Assembly (NCBI GenBank): GCA_001179505.1
Contig: CDMY01000759.1
Location: 203,488 to 267,487 of the forward strand
Origin: Vitrella brassicaformis CCMP3155
Lineage: Eukaryota; Protista; Chromerida
Reading direction: 5' to 3'
DNA: 64,000 nucleotides
In this document: piece by piece, positions 37,869-50,385 of the stretch
Layout: every line of letters begins with the position of its first letter
Numbering within the stretch: position 1 is the first letter of the stretch
Translations under genes and position numbers: made by a program
The notes under the pieces: model-generated
Told to the model about the DNA's origin: nothing
The model's input: the letters and a program-made list of their open reading frames with translations, nothing else
Databases searched by the model: none

Positions 37869-38550
37869 ACGCGTCTAGCTGCTCATTCCTTCGTCATGCT
37901 TCATGAGGACCGACAACGTATCGTTCTTGAAGGACGATTCATCGCTGTCGTTGCTTACGCCTGGACAATTGTGATGGACGAGCCAAGGGTGTCTGCTGTA
38001 GACCAGCCACTCGGCAAAGGAGGTGCCGCCCATGATCGAGTTCTGCGCGAAGGCAATGTATTCAGAGGTATGAAGCACGGTGCATCATCATGGTTCCGGG
38101 CAATAGGGTGGGGTAGTTTACACAAAGAAAGGGGCGCCCCGTCCACAGACACATAGCGACAGGGGTGAAAAAAGGGCTCATCCAGGCAGGCAGGCACACT
38201 GAATGGCTGCATGGCATGCAGAACACGCACACACGGTCGCTCATGACAAAAACGAGGGCATCGAGTTTGTGCCGCCTCGCAGGAGACAGAGGTGGAGACA
38301 TACAGAGAGAGAGAGAGAGACCTCATGCACACCCACACCACACCCACACACACATACGCGCCGCACCCACCCCGACACAGACACCTCGCACCACACACCA
38401 CACACAGAGGTCCTCACATCAAACTGACTGACTGACTGTCGCATACCATGATGTGTTCCGCATACACCCAGGTCACCTCACCTCGACGTCTAAAGGTGTG
38501 CCTCACCTCACTCACTCAGTGCATACAGCACCCCGCCCCATCCCCCTCAC

Positions 38551-39751
38551 TCACCACACCCTGCATCTGTGTGGCTGTTTGCCCTTGAGCATGGCGTGGG
38601 TCTTGGCCTGACAGAAGGCCTCGTCGAAGGGCTCAAAGTTATCCAGTGAGCCCTTGACACGGAACTCGCCGGGCGAATGGGGGTCGTTCTCCACTCGCCT
38701 GTTTCAGACACACACACACACACACAGAGGGAGAGGGAGAGGGAGAGAGATGGTGTGTGTCGGGGGCGCAGTGGTGTGGTGTGCTGTGGTGTGTGTTGAC
38801 CAGAGAGTGAGTGCACTCGCTGACGCACCTACCTTCTGAGTGTCTCGGGTGTCTGCTTTGAGCACCATAGCTGTGCGAATGAGAGGAAGAATAGCTGCTG
38901 CGCCGTGTAGGGCAGCCCGGGAAGGGGCCGGTGCGACAACGCCTCCTCGCCCTCCGCCTTCAACAAAGCTCTGCAGTGCACCACCACACACACACACACC
39001 ACAGCCCACACAGCAAACCACACGCGCCTGGTGCACATCCGGGTGTCTGTGTCTGTGTCGGTGTGTGAGCGTGCCTGTATGCGAGTCGCAGTCCGCCGTT
39101 GTCGGCGATGTTTTCGCCGAGCGTGAGGTTGCCGTTGAGATGGATGCCGCCGGGGATGGCGAAACTCCCATACTGAGACGCCACACAATGGGTCGACGCC
39201 CGAAACTTATCCTGAGCGGTGAGAGTTACCACACACAGCACAGAGACGGAGGCGTGGCGTGGTGTCTCGGGGGTCAGTCACTTGATGACACACAAGGAAA
39301 TCTCTGACTCACTGACCTTTGACGTCTGAGACCACCAGGACACGAGCTTCCCCTGCCCGTCGAAAGACGACCCCGAGTCGTCAAACGCATGGGTCAGCTC
39401 GTGGCCAATCACCGCACCCAACGCGCCATAGTTCACAGCCTGGCCATGCACACAATACACCACACACACGACCATTCACACCAACCACAGACACACAGCT
39501 TGCAGCCCTTTGTCTCTCCCCCAAGAAGCCACCCACCCTGAGGGCGCGGATTTCGTTTCTCCTGGCTGTGTCGCTGTTTTCGTTGCCGACGTTGAGGAAA
39601 GGCGGCTGCAGAATGGAGGCGGGGAAGACGATCTCGTTGAGGTCGGGCGAGTAGTAGGCGTTGACGTCGATGGGCGTCATCCCCCACAGAGAACGGTCCT
39701 CGGGCCGGTGCAGCTTCGAGTAGCTGAACCGATGCTGTTGGCACGCGCACA

Positions 39752-39785
<34 letters not shown>

Positions 39786-41789
39786 TGACAAGAGGGTGGG
39801 TGTGGGTGTGGGTGGTGGGTGGTGGGTGCGGTGCGTACAGATTGTTTGTTGAGGTGGGCGGTTCCGCTGAGAAGGCTTTTGAGTTTGGCCGGCTGTGGGT
39901 TGCCGTAGAATCGCGCGAAGTAGAGGTGCTCGTCCTTGCTGAGCAGCCAGTCGGGGTAGCCCACCTTGGCCGTGATCTCGCTCTCCTTGTCCAAAGCCTT
40001 CTGTCTGCAGACAAGGGGAATACCCACACACACCACAGACAGACAGACAGACAGACAGAGTGAGAGAGGTCGAAGGAGGGATGCACGCGACCCTGCGCGT
40101 GTCTCTCTCTCTCTCTGTTTGTTTGTTCGTTTACTTGGTGTCTTTGTCCATCCACTCTATCTCCGCCAAGTTCTCGCGGAAGGCCTCGCGGATGCCGCTC
40201 ATTATCTCCAACGCGAGCGTCTGCACAGTACAGCCACCCGAACAGCACAATGAGTCCATCCATCCATCCCATCCTTGGACTGGATGCACACACACACACA
40301 CTCATTCTCATTCTCACCTTCCTCAGGGGATTGAAGTGGTGCCGGATGAAGTTGCGACTCAATATCTGACAATCCCTCCCCACACCCACCACCCAATGGT
40401 ACTCGCTCGTCGGTCTCTCTCTCTCTCTCTCTCTCTCCATCTCTATCTCTATCTCACCCATCCGACGGCGTCTGCTGTGGCGGACAGGCAAGTGCGCCAT
40501 CTCGGGGGCGGGTCGGAGCCCGTCAGGATCTTCCGAAACGAGTGGAACTCCTTCCGCCACTCAGCCGACAACGAGCCGCCATACCTGCACACACACACAC
40601 CAAACACCGTTTCTCCATCTCGTCGTGTGTTGTGTGTGCTGAGCCAATGGATGGCATACGCGCGCAGAGTGCGTGCGAGGAAGTAGTAGTGCAGGGTGGG
40701 CCTCTTGCGTCTGTCGCTGAGGTACTTATGGAGGAGGGCGTTAAGTTTGGTGAGATGGGGGCGGCTCTGGATGAGCACCTCGGCGTCGGGCGTAAAGGCC
40801 TCGGCGAGCTCCTCGTCGCTCAGGGAGAGGTCATCCTTGTCCGCAAACACCTTGTAATACGCTAAACAGACACACACACAGAGATCGATCTCTCCCTCTC
40901 TCTCTCTCTGGGGGGGGAGGTTTCATGGTCCCTCGCTGACCATTCCAATCGAAGACGGGCATCCACTCCTGTATTGCTGACAGGTTGCTCGAGAAAGTGG
41001 TGTTCCAGGGGTCCCTCTGCTGCTCGGGCGACAGATGGATCCCATGCAGCTGCCTCTCGAACTCCACCACACCCTCAGCTACGCGCGTGTAGTTGACCTC
41101 CGAAGCGCTGTCCTCCCCCCGACGCACCCTCTCGTCGATGGTGGCGTAGGTGTCATTGGTCGTGTCGATGAGAGAAGCGGCCGGCGGCTGCTGTGTCGGG
41201 AGAGAGAAGGGGGAGGGGAGGGAGGCATTGTGGGCGGAGGGGAGGGCCTCGAAGAAGAGTCGGAAGAGGGTGGCGAGGTGGCGCGTGTAGGCAGCAAGGA
41301 TGTCTGGCTGGAAGTAGTGGGAGTAGCTGAGCCCCAGGCCGCCCTGCGCCACGCCGAGGGTGTTGTTGTGCGAGGGGTGGAGGTTGTTGTAGGTCACCCC
41401 GGCTGTCAGCACCCCCTCCACCCCCCACCGATGAAGGTGCGCCATCCGCACACTCAGCCCCTGCCCCTCCCCCTCTCTCCCTCTCACCATGCCCTCGTCC
41501 GCCTCGATCTCGCCCGGCCACAGCAGCAGAAACCCCAGTTCGGGCTGCTTGCTGAGGAAGTTCAGCAGGGGGGCCGCCCCGAGAGAGTCAAGCTTGTCGG
41601 TGTCCATGCAGGCCTGGTAGTAGCAGTGGAGCATCCCGTCCCAGCCGTCAGTCGCGTAGTGGGTGGCGGCGGCGCTTTTGGCTTTGATGACCGTCGTGCT
41701 GGTCTTGCCACCGCCGCTGGGAGAGGGGCTGTGCGAAGGGCTGGTGGTGGTGCCGCTGCTGCTGCACTGGCCGGACTCTAACAGATCCT
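38551..41789 (-). CDS. M13 (neprilysin/ECE-like) zinc metallopeptidase, middle and 3' part; 5' end cut by the gap
   Basis: [42 protein letters not shown] (HExxH at 39389-39403), [22 protein letters not shown] and C-terminal RCRVW* (stop 38551). Confidence 0.9.
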
Positions 41790-42089
41790 NNNNNNNNNNN
41801 NNNNNNNNNNNNNNNNNNNNNNNNNNNNNNNNNNNNNNNNNNNNNNNNNNNNNNNNNNNNNNNNNNNNNNNNNNNNNNNNNNNNNNNNNNNNNNNNNNNN
41901 NNNNNNNNNNNNNNNNNNNNNNNNNNNNNNNNNNNNNNNNNNNNNNNNNNNNNNNNNNNNNNNNNNNNNNNNNNNNNNNNNNNNNNNNNNNNNNNNNNNN
42001 NNNNNNNNNNNNNNNNNNNNNNNNNNNNNNNNNNNNNNNNNNNNNNNNNNNNNNNNNNNNNNNNNNNNNNNNNNNNNNNNNNNNNNNNN
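41790..42089. other. Assembly gap (300 N) joining two unrelated, truncated genes
   Basis: The left side ends inside an M13 exon; the right side starts inside a GNAT CDS. Confidence 0.99.
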
Positions 42090-42841
42090 ACCCCCACTTC
42101 GCTGCTGCCGCGGAGACGCTGGCTCGCGCCTTTTGCGGCAGCGAGAAGACCAACCCGGACCCAGCGACAGGGTGGGTATACAGCGGAACGTGTGATTCCC
42201 TGTTGGCTCCCCTTCCCGGCCCGCCGTCGGAGAAGCGTTTGCAGTGGTTCCGCTGGCTCACTAAGATGGCCATGCACTGGGCTCTGCAGAGAGGCGGTGC
42301 CTATGCGCTGCTGGACCGGGCGGAACGAGTCGTCGTCGCCGTCACTCTTGTGAGTCCGCCGGGTGCGCCCTCGGTCGATGAGCTCGGGTTCTGTGGGGAG
42401 CTGGGTCTCATTTGCAAGGCCGGGCTTCCGCCGTTTTCGACGGATAGCGAGCGTACGGGAGCGGAGTTCGGCAGTTGTATGGATCGCATGCGGACATTGG
42501 AGACGACGCTGGTCAAGGCGCACAAGGAACTAGAGGCGGAAGCGGCAGGGTCTGGCAAGACTGGCGACCTTCACGTCGCCATGGTGGCCGCCGACCCACA
42601 GAGGCAGGGACAAGGCGTCGGCTCCGCTCTGCTCCAGCTCGTCTCGGATATCGCCGATGCCGATGCGGTGTCTGCGCACCTCGAGACGCTTGGAGAGCGC
42701 AACGAAGGCTTTTATGCCAAGAAGGGGGGGTATCGGCTGGCAAAGAGGGTGGTCGTGCAGCATAAGAACTGTAGGCTGGATCTCGACGGCGGCATTGCGT
42801 TGATGGTGAGGCCGGCGAAGTGCCGAGTCGAGCCTGTTTAG
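42090..42841 (+). CDS. GNAT-family acetyltransferase, copy B (5' end in the gap)
   Basis: Near-identical to 36989-37740 with a few substitutions (R to K, G to R, N to K, S to T) and C-terminus VEPV* instead of AESS*. Confidence 0.85.
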
Positions 42842-42879
42842 CTAGCTGCCATCCCATTACACTGCCGAGGGCGTCGACG

Positions 42880-42973
42880 GCAGGTCAGCCAATCTGAGTG
42901 ATACATCGTTGGTGGAGGCCACGGATGCAGCCTCGCTCCACCAGTCACGAGTCACTCACATTGGCTGACCTGC
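42880..42973. mobile_element. Second copy of the 94-bp inverted-repeat element
   Basis: Same arms as 37775-37868 with one mismatch in the right arm; ACG flanks retained. Confidence 0.55.
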
Positions 42974-43294
42974 ACGAGTATGCCCATGCACTGCCGTCTG
43001 CTCATTCATGCTTCATGAGGACCGACAACGTATCGTTCTTAAAGGACTGCATCTACGTGGCTATGTCGCGGCTATGTGTAAGCACGCATTGTTCGGTCGC
43101 ACGCGAACGCGAACGCAAACAACCTGTCAGTAGTAGGCAGAGACATTGTTTCCCTGCTCATCAATTGTGCGTTGAGATGCATGTGCCTGTCTGGCATCAG
43201 TGCGAGTATGGTTGATCGATCATACACGAGCGTGTGTCATGTCGAGTCAGTCAGTCCACGCCATCACTCATCAGTCTGCTGCTCTGCTGTTGGT

Positions 43295-44820
43295 TCACTT
43301 GAAGAGTTTTGGGTACCGGTAGTACTTCTTCAGATACAGCCTGCATCAGAGGACAGACAGACAGACAGACAGACAGAACGAGTGAATAAATGGTCTTCCT
43401 CTTCCTTGGTTGGTGGCGGCTTTGTGGCTCACATTCTGAAGGGCCCTGGTTTGTTGAAGTCGATAGGGTGTGTCAGGAAGGGCTCACCGACGCCGACCTT
43501 CGACGGCTGCACGACGTAATGACAGCAAAGGACAGACACACACAGAAATGCATTTGCAGGCAGAGCGAGAGGCATGATTCATCTCTTGTTTATGTACCAG
43601 TGAAGGCGTGTCGTCTTCGAACGCAATGCGACGCACATTCACCTCTCGTGGAGGAAATGGGTCTAGAGAGACATCAGGCAGACAGCCGCACGCACACACA
43701 GCAACCAACTGAAATGGATGATTGAATGTCTGTCTCTCTCACCTTCGTCTGAGTGCTCGAGGTAGAAGTCGGTTCGTCGCTCATTCTCGAGCGGGATCTT
43801 CTTCTGCCCAGAGAGACCGTACAAGGGGTAATAGAAAGGCGTCCTGACACACACACGGCACCACAGAGAAACACAGTGAGAGAGGAACACAGTCAGGACT
43901 GACTCGACTCACTCACCAGATGCCCTTCTTGTCTTGCAGGTTTCGGATGCCCTTGGCCAGCCTCTCGCGCGTCCTCAGTTGTGAGCGAGGGCTCTTGGGT
44001 GTGAGCGAGGAACACTCACAGGCCAACAGCAGCAGGCACAGCAACACGTGCACAGAGATAGACAGCTTCATCATCCTGTGCAGGTGTCTTGTCCCTCTGA
44101 TTGACTGATGGCTGTCTGTTTCGCGATCCGATCGCCAACGACAATCTGTATGTGTACATGTCTCAAGTCGTCTCGGTGTATACACACACGCTTACAAACG
44201 AAACTCACACATCAATCAATGGTCAACAAGGCCAAATGGCTGACTGTGGGTCAATACAGCATCGGCACGGGACAGTAGCCCACTCCTGGCTCAGTCGGGT
44301 TGTATATCACATAGTCGCCGCGCAATCGCTCCTCACGAACACCTGCACACACACACAGACAGACAGACAGACAGGCAGGAAGACAGGAAGACACACAGGA
44401 CGTCACAAATTCTCTCCCTTCTGCGTGCTCTCACTCAGTCACTCACCGTACGGCCACTGTCTCGACACGACAGGAGGGTGCGGCCTCGCCTCTGCAAACA
44501 CGCAGTCATGGTTGGCATCTTGAAGCTCGCCTTGTCTGGGTATGGTGCGTCTGTGTGTCTTACTGTTCCAGTCGAGTGGCGGTTCCTCCATCGGATGACG
44601 AGTGTACCTGGCCCACACATGCGGCAACAGAGAGGAGAACTCCCTTTCCTCCTTACGCCAACTGGCAAGTGTGTGGGTGGGTGGGTGGCTGGGCTGGCTG
44701 ACCGTATCTCCTTGCCGTCGGCGACTCTGATAGCTCTGGGTCTGTTTCGGCTCTTCCACAGCTTCATCCGGATGAGGAACTTACACCGATCGCCATCCAT
44801 CCCGATCTGGCTGATGCACT

Positions 44821-44855
<35 letters not shown>

Positions 44856-45707
44856 TGGATGCAGCAAATCAGCCACACATGTACGCAGTGCTGTGTGAAT
44901 TGTTGTGTGCCCACCCTCTGTCTGTCTCTTGAGTCAGGCGTCGCAAACCGCACGGGCGTCACCTCTGCACACACCATACAATGCAGGCAGGCATCGTGTC
45001 GATCGACCCTCCCGCGTGTGTGGCCGTCTGTGTGCTCACTGAGGTCTGCGCAGACTTGTTTGTAGAGTTCGAAGTCCTTCTTGTAGAGGCACTTCATGAC
45101 TCGGGCGCGGCGGTTGAGGAACTTGGACATCGACCGCTTCTTGATGTGGTCCTTCGGGTTCTGGATAATATGGCGACGCAGATTCAGAATCTTCTCCGTC
45201 AAGAAACACACTGCAGACGGCACGGGAGAAAGAGCGATGAGTTGGTCAGCCAGACCACAAACAATCATTCTCTGCTTGTGTGCTGGGTGCTGCCTCACGT
45301 GACACAGCGGGGCTGTTGATGTCTGTAGGTCCCCTCTGATACTTGCGCGCCATCGCCCACTTGCGCCAGGTGGCCACATCCATCCGCTTGGCGCACTTGA
45401 GGTGCAGACTCTGCCGCATCTCGGGGCTCAGACTGCCGATGTCGGCCGGTGTCAGCCGCTTGATGTACCCATCGGGGATCCTCGCACGCTCATCGAGGAA
45501 CTCTCTCTCGGCCTGCAGGTACCACTGGGTCTTCGGCACGTGCGTCTTCCGAGCAACAACGCCAGTGAACTTAAAGGCCTTCGTGCGGGCGATAAATCGA
45601 CGGGCCTCGAGCCGATAGCGGGCTTCTGCTGGCTGCGTGAGCGGCTGGAGGCTGTTTCGGCACAGAGGAGAGCCGGACCAGAGATGCTCCACTGTCCTCA
45701 GCATCAT
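43295..45707 (-). CDS. MRPS15: Mitochondrial ribosomal protein uS15m with long lineage-specific extensions
   Basis: DINSPAV|..FLTEKILNLRRHIIQNPKDHIKKRSMSKFLNRRARVMKCLYKKDFELYKQVCADL fits the S15 helix pattern; basic N-terminal presequence; in-phase exons to ..YYRYPKLFK* (43295). Confidence 0.8.
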
Positions 45708-45912
45708 GGGCCAAAACCCAGATCTTCACTCATCGGACAAAGATCCACATCAGGCACCTCCACAACAGTGCATTTCTGCACCTGAGCAGCGGTTTCTGCA
45801 TTTTTCTCCCGCTTGGCGAGCTTGAAAACGATCCACTTTGGAGCACTGCAAGCTGGGAGAAGAAGTTCTGAGCCCCAAATGTGCGCGTTGTACACGATTT
45901 GTCGCTGAGGAA
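45708..45912. promoter_or_regulatory. Probable bidirectional promoter between uS15m and the prefoldin-like gene
   Basis: 205 bp between divergent start codons; inferred from position only. Confidence 0.5.
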
Positions 45913-47254
45913 ATGAGCGGTGCGGCGAAAGGCAAGAAGCAGCTGCGCAAGGAGAAGGAGCGCAAGAGGGAGCAGAAGGAGGCCGAGGCCGCAGAGGCCA
46001 TCGCACAAGAGAACCAAGCGGTCAGTATAGGTTGAGTCAGTGACCTGACAACTCACCCATTGCTGCATGTTTCTGTGTATGTTTTTTGTGGCACTGTCAG
46101 ATAGCCGACTACAGCTTCAAGTACAACGACTATGGCGAGAGGCTGCATGAGATGCGGGCCAGGGTCGCAGAGGCGGAATACGATATCGGGCGCCTCAACA
46201 TCACACTCGAATACGTATGTCACTCTTGCACAGTGTGTCCTCGTGGATGTGTGTGTGTGTGTGTGTGCAGCTGAATCAGAATGTGCCCAATGGGACGCCG
46301 CTGTACAGAAAGGCCGGCCACATGTGCGTGTGGATGCCCGAGAGGAAAACACACACGATGGCGCACACACGGATGAATATGGCCCTTCCTCTGTTCTCTT
46401 TCTGGTCAGTTTCGTGTTGTCCAGCAAGAAGGGCATCTGTCGGCACATCAACAACCAGATGGTCAAGCAAAGCAACGAGCTGCCGCCGCTCAAGGTGAGC
46501 TGCACACCCACTCACTCACCCACCTGGATACTTGCAGCCCATACGGATGTGTGTGTCTGTGTGTGTGTCAGATGGGTGTGGCTCAGGTGGAGGCGCAGCG
46601 CCGCGAGGCCCTCAGCAACATACAGGAGATCGTGTACAATCGACAGAAACGATACCAAAAGGTCAGTCGGCCACAATGCCGCCTATGCACAGAGAGAGAG
46701 GGCACGACGATGCAACCGTTCCCAGTCTCTCGCCTCTCCCCCTCTGCGCGTCCATGTGTGTGTGTGTGTGTGTTTGTGTTTCAGGTAGCCAAGCACATGG
46801 ATACCAAATCGTTGCTGGCGCCCCCGCCGCCCAACCCCACCATATCCAAGACCGATGCCTCCAAACTGTCGTACAAGACACTCGAACACAAAATGACCAA
46901 AGTGCGCGCGGATGTGTGTGTGTCCCACGCGCACACACAGTGTACACACCTACACGTGAATGCCTATGCCTGCATCCGTGTTCGTGTGTGCAGGCTGACG
47001 GTGTGGTGCGCCCTCTGGTTGGAAGTGAGCAGCGTGATGCTGACGCTGCTGCTGCTCCTGACGCTGGTGCGGCGGAGGGGCCAAGGCCGGCAGATGGGGC
47101 CGATAGAAATGACGGAAAGGCGGCGGAGGAGCGCCCCATTGATGGCAATGGTGATCGTGATGGTGCTGATGAGTTGGGTGGAGGCGACAGCGAGTGGGTG
47201 GACGACCCGGACCCCGACGACGATGGAGATGAGGACGGCAACGACATGGAGTGA
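45913..47254 (+). CDS. Prefoldin beta-type (PFDN1-like) coiled-coil protein with acidic C-terminal extension
   Basis: Coiled coil, then TPLYRKAGHM|FVLSSKK (compare prefoldin beta 'Y..vGrMFvl'), then a second coiled coil; 7 in-phase exons; TGA 47252-47254. Confidence 0.6.
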
Positions 47255-48044
47255 TTGTGTCCACCTCATTCTGAGTTCTCGTAGTCCATCTCTCCATCCT
47301 CGTGGGGCCCAGTCGTCCACCAGACGTGTGTGTGTGCTATGCGGCTTTCTCTTTCGTGTCGTGTCGTGTCGTGTGTGTGGTCCTGTCAGTGTGTCCGTGC
47401 GTGCATAGGTGGGTAGCGTGCGTCTGTCTGTATGTCTGTAGATGTGTGTGTGTGTCTGTCTATATGCTATACACACGCATACGTACACACCTACATGCAT
47501 GTACATGTGCGTGATACACTCACACGTACGTATGGAGGGCGGTCCGATCATGCGCATGGACATTGTGAACACGCTAAGCGCTGCGTCAACCATGAGGCTC
47601 AGCGGCACCCCGTCTCCATAAATTGCCGAGATAACACGGCAACAACTGCCAACTGCGCGCGCGCGCCGCGGGAAGTTTCCCATTGCAACGCGTGCGTAAC
47701 GCGCTGTGTCTGCCGGTGGACTCCTGGATCCATTCGCGGTGATGGAGGATGCATCAGTGTGGCAGAGAAGAATGGTGAGACAGGAGACAAATCAAACCCC
47801 GCAAACCCTACAGAACACACAAAAAAAGGCGTACGTAGGCACCTAACTCGAGAGTGCCGTGTTTGCCCGAGTGCCGTGTGCCACCCAGCATCGGTCGCCT
47901 AGGGAGGCCGGCTCCTGGAGCTTCGAGCGTCTTCTCTGACCCACCGAAGGTCTTTGTTTGCCCCTGAGGCCATCCCGCCCATCCTTTTTCGCCCTTCCCC
48001 TCCCTCTATTGCGTGCTGCTGTGAAAAAGGGCATCACGGCCAGC

Positions 48045-50120
48045 ATGGCGCAGCCCTATCCTGGTGTTGACCGCCTCAAGTGGAAGAACCGTTCCCTCAA
48101 GAGGTGCATCGCGAGGCTCGAGCGAGAGGCGGCGGAAAACGAGGCCAAGTTGGCCAGCACGGAGGCCCAGCTGGAGGCCCAGAAAGATCATGGCAAATGA
48201 AGCACAAGAAGGGCGGCGTTAAGCTCCTCGAGGTCGCCAAGGACAAGACCCACTGGGCGCACAGTGCAGGAGTCTGCGGCTGGCTTCTCGTGCGCCGTCT
48301 TCTCTAAGGCCTATGCAGAGGTCAGTGGCTCTAGCGGCGGTGACTGGATGGGCGAATGGATGGGCGATCACTGTGTTTCTGTGTGCATGTATTTAGGTGT
48401 GTGTTGCTGTGTATTCCAGGACGACTCGTTTGGCTTCAAGGACAAAGAACGCCAAGCACTGGAAGAACTCCGAGACCAACTCATTGTTCGGAGCCTTCTT
48501 CTTGGCATTGTTTGGCTCTTTCATCACCGGCACCGCCAACTCGATCGTAAGCGTCCGAAAAAAGACAGCGGATACAGATGTGTGTGCACTGCGTGATCTG
48601 CGACCTGTTCACCACGGGAGACAGATTCGGCCTGCAGCGGGTAGGTGAGATGATCACCGACGGCGGCTGGACCGTGAAGACCCTGCAGATCACCCCCCAC
48701 ACGCCCGACCTCAATGTGACCCTCACACTCCCGGCGCCCCCCCGCACCCGGTGGCCTCCCTCATCGGACGGCCATCCCTCCCACACCATCACCTTGTACA
48801 AAGATATTGGGAAGACAGAGATCGACAGGCAATTCTCTGCGGCCAAGATCAAGAGAGCGGCTTCTCTTGCCTCTACCGTGGCGTCTATACCGGCAAGAAC
48901 GGGGAGACCCATGAAGCCGCCTTCAAGGTCGTGGAGCGGGCCTACCTCGCCCAGTGTCTGGACTGGAAATGTTTTAAAGCAGCAGCCGCGCTGCTGACTG
49001 AAGAAGAAGCTGCCAGCACCTTGTCCCCCCACTGGCATTCCGCAACAGCAAGATGGGGACGACAATCGCAGAGGCAGGGGCGCAAGCAGGCGAGGAGCAG
49101 GACTGTTTCATCCTCGTGCTGCCGTGGCTTAGCAGTAAGAGACACCGATCTGAAAGACGTCTAGCCTGCTTCATCTGATTCTCTGTCTGCAGTTGGTCTC
49201 CCCCAGTCCCAGTCGACGTACATCGATATATACTACCACGTGCACGAGTACAACTTTGGCGAGATCTCACGCCGCCACCTCTTCCACTCTCTCCCACAGC
49301 CATTTCATCGATCAAGGAGGAGGTCATTGTTGGCCTGCCAGGCCTCTTCTATTTTGCTCTGGCCCACCTCTCGGCGGCCAAGTCGATGAAAAGGCTGGGA
49401 CTGGACAACCTTGTCAACGATGTATTGCTCAAGAGAGAGGAACTAATGCAAGGTCTCAAGCAGCCGAGCCGCAACACTATACCCCCACTGGCACCCTCGC
49501 CCATCCCCTCCCCCCCTTCCCCCCCTCCTGCCTTGCAAGGGCGCCATCTTCATCGACTGTGGCAACATGCTGTTGGGAGAGGTCCACGAGGGGAAGACGG
49601 TCGTCCAGCTGCCACTTGACTCTGAAACGCGGATTAAGACTGGCAAGATCCCTGCCTACGCGTGGGGGTGCATCTTGCCTGAAATGGCAGTCACGTATTT
49701 CCACGGACTCGAAGACGACGACACGTTTTGGGAGGACCTTGGCCTGAGCCCCTCGGGCACAGCAGCGGAGAGGGAGGAGACCGAAAGGCTCAAGAAGCTG
49801 TACTGGGCAACTATAGGGCAGCTCGCGGACAGGGGACTGGTGGAGAAAGAAGAGGAAACCGGAAAGCCGTGTACTCTCTGCCTGGGAGACACAGCGATCA
49901 GCTTCGCCGGAGGCGAGCTGATCCGCCACGTTGTCTCCGGCGCTCGAAGCGACGACCTGTCCATCGAGAAGACAGAAGATTGGTCCGCCGCGCTGGACCC
50001 GGTCGTGGCAACCAGACACACGAGGGCAGGTGAGTACTCAAGTAGGGAGCATTGTGTCTCTGCACTTATGTCTGCTGTCGTGGGTGCAGATCGCTGCCTA
50101 CATTTTATATTCTGATGGCC
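48045..50120 (+). pseudogene. Degenerate coiled-coil plus protein-kinase-like sequence
   Basis: Coiled-coil ORF stops at 48198-48200, overlapping an ATG in another frame. Fragments SGFSCLYRGVYTGKNGETHEAAFKVV, YHVHEYNFGE and IFIDCGNMLL loosely resemble kinase subdomains I-II, V and VIb, but no continuous frame can be built. Confidence 0.4.
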
Positions 50121-50385
50121 TGGTGACAAGACTTCTGCGTCCGAGAAGCTCTTTTGCTCGAGCGTGGCGGCCGCCCGTGCATTTGTGTGGGGCCGTCAGT
50201 GTCGACGGCCCCAAGTGGTGCATCCAGTGACCATGTGGGGGGGAGAGAGTTGAGGAGCACAAGGCCAGCATCGCCGGCGCATGGTAGCCATGGACGGGGG
50301 GAAACCAAACGAGAAAGGCAGTAGGCAGCACATCTGTATGCGTGTGCATCTGTGTGTGCGTGTTTTTGTGCATCGCATCAATCAG

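Noticed and set aside
41663-42841. 392-aa ORF apparently fusing a hydrophobic leader to GNAT
   Set aside because: It reads through 300 N; the leader is the antisense of an M13 exon. Other ORFs spanning gaps are artefacts too.
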